NCBI GenBank assembly: GCA_910587915.1
Contig: CAJUOB010000008.1
Location: 12,099-76,098 of the forward strand
Direction: 5' to 3'
Length of the DNA stretch: 64,000 bases
Source: an uncultured Muribaculaceae bacterium
GTDB lineage: Bacteria > Bacteroidota > Bacteroidia > Bacteroidales > Muribaculaceae
Each line of letters opens with the position of its first letter. Position 1 is the first letter of the stretch. The notes under the pieces are model-generated. The model was not told the origin of the DNA and ran no database searches. It saw only the letters and a program-made list of their open reading frames with translations. Of this stretch, positions 58,777 through 64,000 are shown in pieces. The position numbers were made by a program, and so were the translations under genes.

Positions 58777-59579
58777 TTTAGAGTAGCTAACAGACCCGAC
58801 ACTACAGAAGCACTGAATCCGCCATTCTCCATGGCATTAAGGCCGCGGATGGTCACACCGCCCGGGGTAGTTACACGGTCGATCAAAGCTTCCGGATGGA
58901 CGTCGCCGGCATCGAGAAGTGCCGACGTTCCGCAAAGCACAGCCGAAGCAAGCTCTTTGGCAACCTCAGGCGATAGTCCCATCTGCACCCCTGCGAGCAT
59001 ATTGGCACGCACATAGCGGAGTGCATAGGCGATCCCACACGACGACAATGCCATAGCAGCCGGGAACAAGCGTTCGGGCACCTCTACTGTCGCTCCGGTA
59101 CAAGCGAATAGCTTCTTGAGCTTATCCAGCATATCCGACGACAGTCCGCTCCCACACAGAAGATTGGCCGACTGGCCCACCGTAGCTGCAATGTTAGGCA
59201 ACAGACGGAACACCTGCGGCGCATCTCCATGCGCATCGACAAGAGAGGCCTTGAGCTCATCGAGTGCGATAGCGGCTGCACACGAGCCTACTATCGGCTT
59301 TCTTTCACCATAGAGCGAAGCTATTTCGCGGGCCACGGGTACAACAGCGTCGCCCTCGACACATATCAGCACTATGCCGCATCCCTTCAGTGCATCGGCC
59401 AGTGAAGTTGTGCAGGATATCCCGTCCATACCGTCGAAAGCCTTCAGCCTGCCGGCGCTACGGTTGTACACCGACACATCCACACCCGATTTTGCAAGTC
59501 CTCTCGCCATGGCCGACCCGATATTACCGGCGCCGACCACGCATATCTTAACATTATTTTTCTTAATATCCATTTGCAA
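58773..59579 (-). CDS. proC: Pyrroline-5-carboxylate reductase
   Basis: VGAGNIG, RLLPN and VTTPGGVT motifs. Confidence 0.92.
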   Translation of the reverse strand: MQMDIKKNNVKICVVGAGNIGSAMARGLAKSGVDVSVYNRSAGRLKAFDGMDGISCTTSLADALKGCGIVLICVEGDAVVPVAREIASLYGERKPIVGSCAAAIALDELKASLVDAHGDAPQVFRLLPNIAATVGQSANLLCGSGLSSDMLDKLKKLFACTGATVEVPERLFPAAMALSSCGIAYALRYVRANMLAGVQMGLSPEVAKELASAVLCGTSALLDAGDVHPEALIDRVTTPGGVTIRGLNAMENGGFSASVVSGLLATLK

Positions 59580-59588
59580 TGATTGGTT

Positions 59589-61880
59589 TTACAAGAATTT
59601 AGGAGCCGGAAGATATATTCCAAACGAAATACCGGCATTGAAGCGACCCGGCGATGAGCAATAGTTGCAGTAACCCGCTATATCGCCGAACGGCAAAGAG
59701 TACACAATGTTGAACTCACCATAGAAGGTGGCCGAGCCAAACCAACGGCCGTACGCCGCAGCACCATCGAGGCCGGGACAAATGCGGCGTAGCGGCACAA
59801 AAACATTGGCCGACAGGCGGGCCGACAGCGAGCTATTGTATTTATACACCGGCACAAACGCGGCAGCGATATAGCTGTTAGCCCTTAACGCGGGGTTGAA
59901 GGCATTGTTCGACGCAGGGGTCGGATTATACGATGGGGCCGAACCTATGGCTGCATCGTATGCCCCGAGCAATCCTCTGGTACTGAGCAGAGCACTGCTC
60001 TCCACGCCCACGGCCCAATGACGATGAATATCGAAATAATTCCTCTGCGACATCTCCAGCTGCAACCACGACTGATGCTTAGTGCCTTCATAGCCTTCCT
60101 GGCGTATCTTGGCAGACCCAAGTAGCCCGGCCGCCTTGACGGTGAGCTGCCCTCCGGCCGTGGGATAGTTGAATCCGTTGAGCGTGGATCGCTCATACCC
60201 GGCATAGGCCTGTCCCAACACGAAATCCACATGGTGACGGCCCGGCACAGCATCCGCACCCGACACATAGTAGGTGTAGCGCAGCTTTCCTGCTCCGGCT
60301 CCTACATCGAAGCGCCCCTTGCGGCCGGCAGCGAGCGACCACCCGAGTTTGGCGTAGTATTCGTGAGAGGTGACAAAAGTGGGTTCGTCATCGCGGAAGA
60401 ACAATTCCTCGTTCTCATAGTATTTTCGCCGCGAAGCCACTGCCCGGAACGTGAAAGCCGACGGTATGCCCGATGCGAGGGTAAGCCGCCCCGAAAGCGA
60501 CCCTGCCATGTAGCTCTGGCCAATCCAGGCTTCGATATCGGTGCTTGCCGAACTGAAACTCAACGACGAGTAGCCACCGCGGAGATAGAGATAACTGTTG
60601 TTGCTCGAAGTGACGAACGCACCCGCACCCGCCGAGAAACGGCTCTTGGCACGCGCATCGACATCGAGGGAGAATAACCCTGCACTATCGTCGTTGCAAC
60701 GGGCGCCTACCCGCAGGATATCCATCTTGCCCGACGACAAAGCCCGGTAGAATGCCAACCGCGCATGATCCACACCGATGGTATCGCAACCTTTGGCCGG
60801 ACGGAAAAGATATTTAATAAATTCATTCTGCCGACGGCTCCCTCCGGTCACCGACACACTGTCGAACCGCAACTCGGGCACAGTGCTCTTGAAAACAGCC
60901 CGACGTAGCCGTCTGGCAGACTGCGGAGTGCGCGCATGCACACGGGCTTTTATCGAGTCGATCATCTCAAGCCCCTTGTCATAGCCGGCCTGATAGATGG
61001 CCGGGGCCTTGTCCCAGTCGAGAAGCCCGAAGCGGCTCACATCGATGCGCACCTTGATTCCTGCTTCGGGTGGCACATCATAGCTCTGCTTGCGGCTCAT
61101 AAGAAGATCGAGCTGGTCGAAATAGCTGTTGGCCGGACCTTTCGATGCCGCCGATACATCCGACCCGATGAGAATCGACGGAGCGAATTCGTCCATCACC
61201 ACATCTACCGGAAAGTTATCGTACACCCCACCGTCGTAGAGCACCTGATTGTCGATTTTTATTGCCTGGAACACAAGCGGGAAGCTCATAGATGCGCGGA
61301 TTGATTCCTCGAGCCGCCCCGACCCCATCACTTTCTTACGTTTTTCGGTCACATCGGATGCCACACATCGGAAAGGCACAAACAGACGGTCGTAATTACC
61401 ACCGCATCGAGCCGTATATGCAGCGAAAATCTGCATGAACCCGAAGTTCATTGGCATGGGCGAAATAAGCGACTGAGGGTTGAAGATATCGCGGACAGTA
61501 CTGTCGCGTCCGAGCGACACCGAGAACATCTGCGGCGACGGCGTCTCGCGCGCGAAGTAATAAGTCAGTTCCGGATCTGCCTTGCCGGCAGCCATATAGC
61601 TGAAATAACGGCTGTCAATCAAAGCCATCATCTCCTCGGGCGTATACCCGCACGCGTATAGACCACCTACGATGGCTCCCATCGACGTTCCGGTGATATA
61701 GTCTATCGGAATATCGTTGTCTTCCAACGCCTGGATAAGACCGATATGGGCTATACCCTTGGCGCCTCCGCCACTAAGCACGAGCCCGACCGACTGATGC
61801 TCCCCCTGCGCCGACACCGGCACAGGGAGCATAGTCAGAAAGAATGATAGAAAGAGTAAACAGCACTTAGCAGCCCTCAT
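59589..61880 (-). CDS. Patatin-like phospholipase with C-terminal barrel-like region (PlpD-like architecture)
   Basis: Signal peptide; SGGGAKG, GTSMG and DGG motifs; amphipathic C-terminal strands. Confidence 0.88.
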   Translation of the reverse strand: MRAAKCCLLFLSFFLTMLPVPVSAQGEHQSVGLVLSGGGAKGIAHIGLIQALEDNDIPIDYITGTSMGAIVGGLYACGYTPEEMMALIDSRYFSYMAAGKADPELTYYFARETPSPQMFSVSLGRDSTVRDIFNPQSLISPMPMNFGFMQIFAAYTARCGGNYDRLFVPFRCVASDVTEKRKKVMGSGRLEESIRASMSFPLVFQAIKIDNQVLYDGGVYDNFPVDVVMDEFAPSILIGSDVSAASKGPANSYFDQLDLLMSRKQSYDVPPEAGIKVRIDVSRFGLLDWDKAPAIYQAGYDKGLEMIDSIKARVHARTPQSARRLRRAVFKSTVPELRFDSVSVTGGSRRQNEFIKYLFRPAKGCDTIGVDHARLAFYRALSSGKMDILRVGARCNDDSAGLFSLDVDARAKSRFSAGAGAFVTSSNNSYLYLRGGYSSLSFSSASTDIEAWIGQSYMAGSLSGRLTLASGIPSAFTFRAVASRRKYYENEELFFRDDEPTFVTSHEYYAKLGWSLAAGRKGRFDVGAGAGKLRYTYYVSGADAVPGRHHVDFVLGQAYAGYERSTLNGFNYPTAGGQLTVKAAGLLGSAKIRQEGYEGTKHQSWLQLEMSQRNYFDIHRHWAVGVESSALLSTRGLLGAYDAAIGSAPSYNPTPASNNAFNPALRANSYIAAAFVPVYKYNSSLSARLSANVFVPLRRICPGLDGAAAYGRWFGSATFYGEFNIVYSLPFGDIAGYCNYCSSPGRFNAGISFGIYLPAPKFL

Positions 61881-61955
61881 GGCTCGCACATTAGATGAAT
61901 TAAACAGTTGAAAAGTTATGGCTTTGACTTAAAACGCCGGCAAAGCAACTTTTGT

Positions 61956-63185
61956 TCAGAGTCCGCTTCCTGAAATGAAACTATCCTTGAAACCAAGGAA
62001 ATAGAGCACGCCGTCGAGGCCAATGGTCGATATCGACTGACTTGCCGTCTGCTTCACTTTCGGTTTGGCATGGAAGGCTATGCCCAGACCGGCGGTCGAA
62101 AGCATGGGCAGGTCGTTGGCACCGTCGCCAACAGCTATAGTCTGGGCGATATTGATATTCTCCACCTGGGCTATGATGCGGAGCAGCTCGGCCTTGCGTT
62201 TGCCATCGACGATATCGCCCACATAGCGGCCGGTAAGTTTGCCATCTACAATCTCAAGTTCATTGGCATACACATAGTCGAAGCCGAACTTCTGGCGCAG
62301 ATAGTTGCCGAAATAAGTGAAGCCGCCCGACAGGATGGCTGTCTTATATCCGGTGCGACGAAGCACTTGCATCATTCTCTCCACACCTTCTGTTATAGGA
62401 AGATTCTCGGCAATTTCACGCATCACGCTTTCATCGAGCCCCTTAAGCAAGGCCACCCTGCGGCGGAAACTCTCGCAGAAATCAATCTCGCCACGCATGG
62501 CGCTCTCGGTAATGGCCCGCACTTCGGCTCCGACACCGGCGCGGTCGGCGAGTTCATCGATAACCTCGGTCTCTATCAAGGTCGAGTCCATATCGAAGCA
62601 TATGAGGCGGCGACAACGACGGAACACATTGTCTTCCTGAAGCGATATATCGAATTCCTCGCTCTGCGACACCTGCATGAAACGTTCCTGCATGGCCCTG
62701 ATGTCGCGCGGATTGCCTCGCACCGAAAACTCCACACACGATTTCGAGCGTGGCTCTTCGTTGTCGCGCAAAGGCACGCGTCCGGTGAGGCGCTGTATGC
62801 TGTCGATGTTGAGCTCCTGGCGCGCAATCTCATCGGTGACCAGCGCAATGTGGCGAGCAGTAAGCTGACGGCCAAGTATGGTGATGATCCACCGGTCCTT
62901 GCCCTGCATCGACACCCATTCCTCATAGTCGGCTATCGAGATGGGGGTAAACCGGATTTTCACATTGAGCTCGTAGGCCTTGAAAAGCAGATCTTTCATT
63001 ATATCGCCCGAGCATTTCGAGGTGGTCTTGAACAGAATGCCAAGCGACAGTGAATGATGGATATCGGCCTGGCCTATATCGAGAATATTTGCATCGTGGC
63101 GGGCAAGGATATCGGTCAGTGCCGAGGTGACTCCGGGCCGGTCGTAGCCCGATATATTGATCAGAATAAGTTCTATGCTGTCCAT
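61956..63185 (-). CDS. serB: Phosphoserine phosphatase with ACT domains
   Basis: N-terminal DRPG ACT domain; FDMDSTL, SGGF and GDGAND HAD motifs. Confidence 0.96.
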   Translation of the reverse strand: MDSIELILINISGYDRPGVTSALTDILARHDANILDIGQADIHHSLSLGILFKTTSKCSGDIMKDLLFKAYELNVKIRFTPISIADYEEWVSMQGKDRWIITILGRQLTARHIALVTDEIARQELNIDSIQRLTGRVPLRDNEEPRSKSCVEFSVRGNPRDIRAMQERFMQVSQSEEFDISLQEDNVFRRCRRLICFDMDSTLIETEVIDELADRAGVGAEVRAITESAMRGEIDFCESFRRRVALLKGLDESVMREIAENLPITEGVERMMQVLRRTGYKTAILSGGFTYFGNYLRQKFGFDYVYANELEIVDGKLTGRYVGDIVDGKRKAELLRIIAQVENINIAQTIAVGDGANDLPMLSTAGLGIAFHAKPKVKQTASQSISTIGLDGVLYFLGFKDSFISGSGL

Positions 63186-63204
63186 TTCTTTCAAAATTTA
63201 ACCG

Positions 63205-63212
63205 CAAAAGTA
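63205..63212 (-). promoter_or_regulatory. Sigma-A -7 element for serB
   Basis: TACTTTTG on minus strand. Confidence 0.6.
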
Positions 63213-63372
63213 GCAAAAATTCCCCAACCGCACACCCGGCTCCTCACAACTACTCAAACCGCGGCGGCATCCACAGAAGGTGTTGCAGGCACTATGATAG
63301 ACCGTTTACAGCATAAGGAACAACTTCAATTTCCAGCAGGAAGGTGTCGTATCCTCTCAATTATACACACTC

Positions 63373-64000
63373 TTAGAACTGGAAGTAGATAAATGGAGTG
63401 ACCGACTCCGAGCGAAGCTCGAGTACAAGCTGTACTACAATAATGAATATGAGCAATTTCACCAACCATGGAGAACGCACGAACCACGCAAGGGCCGAAT
63501 CCCAGAACCGCGTAGGCAGACAGTGTGCCACTACAATCACCACCATCAGTATGAGCCATAGGGTTCGTGCGGCGGCAAAAGCCGGAATATAATCAAGGGA
63601 AAAGTCGCGGAATACACTTCCTATCACCGTCACCGAATCGGCCCACGAATCGGCCCGGAAGAATACCCATAGTGCAGCCACAACAGCCATGGTAAGCAGC
63701 CACGACACGGCTTTCACCGGCCACGAATCGCCAAGGCGTCCGAGCCATGGCTTGCTCGCCTTGTGAACGGCCAGTCCGGCGCCGTGCATTGCGCCCCAGA
63801 ACACGAATTTCCATGCGGCTCCATGCCAAAGACCACCTATAAGCATGGTGGCGAAATTATTGACGTAGGTACGCGCCGTACCCTTGCGGTTGCCACCCAG
63901 CGGAATATAGATATAATCGCGCAGCCATGTCGAAAGCGAGATATGCCAACGACGCCAGAAGTCGGTGAGGTTTTGAGCCTTATAGGGAAAATTGAAGTTC
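63373..64000 (-). CDS. MBOAT family O-acyltransferase (AlgI/DltB-like), 5' truncated by window
   Basis: Frame open to window edge: NFNFPY...DFWRRWHISLSTWLRDYIYIPLGG...GLWHGA...FIYFQF. Confidence 0.93.
   Translation of the reverse strand, partial: NFNFPYKAQNLTDFWRRWHISLSTWLRDYIYIPLGGNRKGTARTYVNNFATMLIGGLWHGAAWKFVFWGAMHGAGLAVHKASKPWLGRLGDSWPVKAVSWLLTMAVVAALWVFFRADSWADSVTVIGSVFRDFSLDYIPAFAAARTLWLILMVVIVVAHCLPTRFWDSALAWFVRSPWLVKLLIFIIVVQLVLELRSESVTPFIYFQF

Noticed and set aside
63220..63370. Repeated GAAGGTGT and a CTCTC motif suggesting a glycine riboswitch near serB
   Set aside because: Motifs are on the opposite strand to serB and upstream of its promoter; the full aptamer consensus is absent
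1..64000. CRISPR array, rRNA, tRNA or invertible promoter
   Set aside because: No regularly spaced repeats, structural RNA signatures or promoter-flanking inverted repeats were noticed by eye; tRNAscan-SE, Infernal and a repeat finder would be needed to exclude them formally

Overview
Core chromosomal segment of a Bacteroidales bacterium, probably Muribaculaceae-like. That placement is inferred from the GC-rich coding DNA, the TAnnTTTG sigma-A promoters, the type IX secretion (T9SS) genes and the gene order. Most of the window is housekeeping and envelope genes: gdhA (3' end), GT4 plus flippase, a TolC/HlyD/ABC-permease operon, nth, pheS, 2-oxoacid:ferredoxin oxidoreductase, nadA, leuS, rdgB, panB, three FKBP PPIases, fabD, tatAC, skp-skp-bamA-uppS-porG, ribD, ssb, proC, a patatin, serB and an MBOAT. 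T9SS genes porZ and porU, a large T9SS cargo adhesin and a two-gene type V pilin pair are also present. The most unusual content is two AT-rich islets about 14 kb apart, each encoding a paralogous C10 (streptopain-like) protease lipoprotein followed by a small lipoprotein. In copy 1 the Cys/His/Asn-type motif reads Ser/His/Asp. Copy 2 keeps the catalytic motifs but is split by one in-frame TAA just past the prodomain. Also notable are a candidate stand-alone ~100-nt sRNA (32409-32514), an ECF-type promoter for the pilin pair, an FtsH-protease-like orphan lacking HEXXH, and a REP-like double hairpin. No rRNA, tRNA, CRISPR array, integrase or transposase was seen. All family calls come from motif recognition, not database searches.
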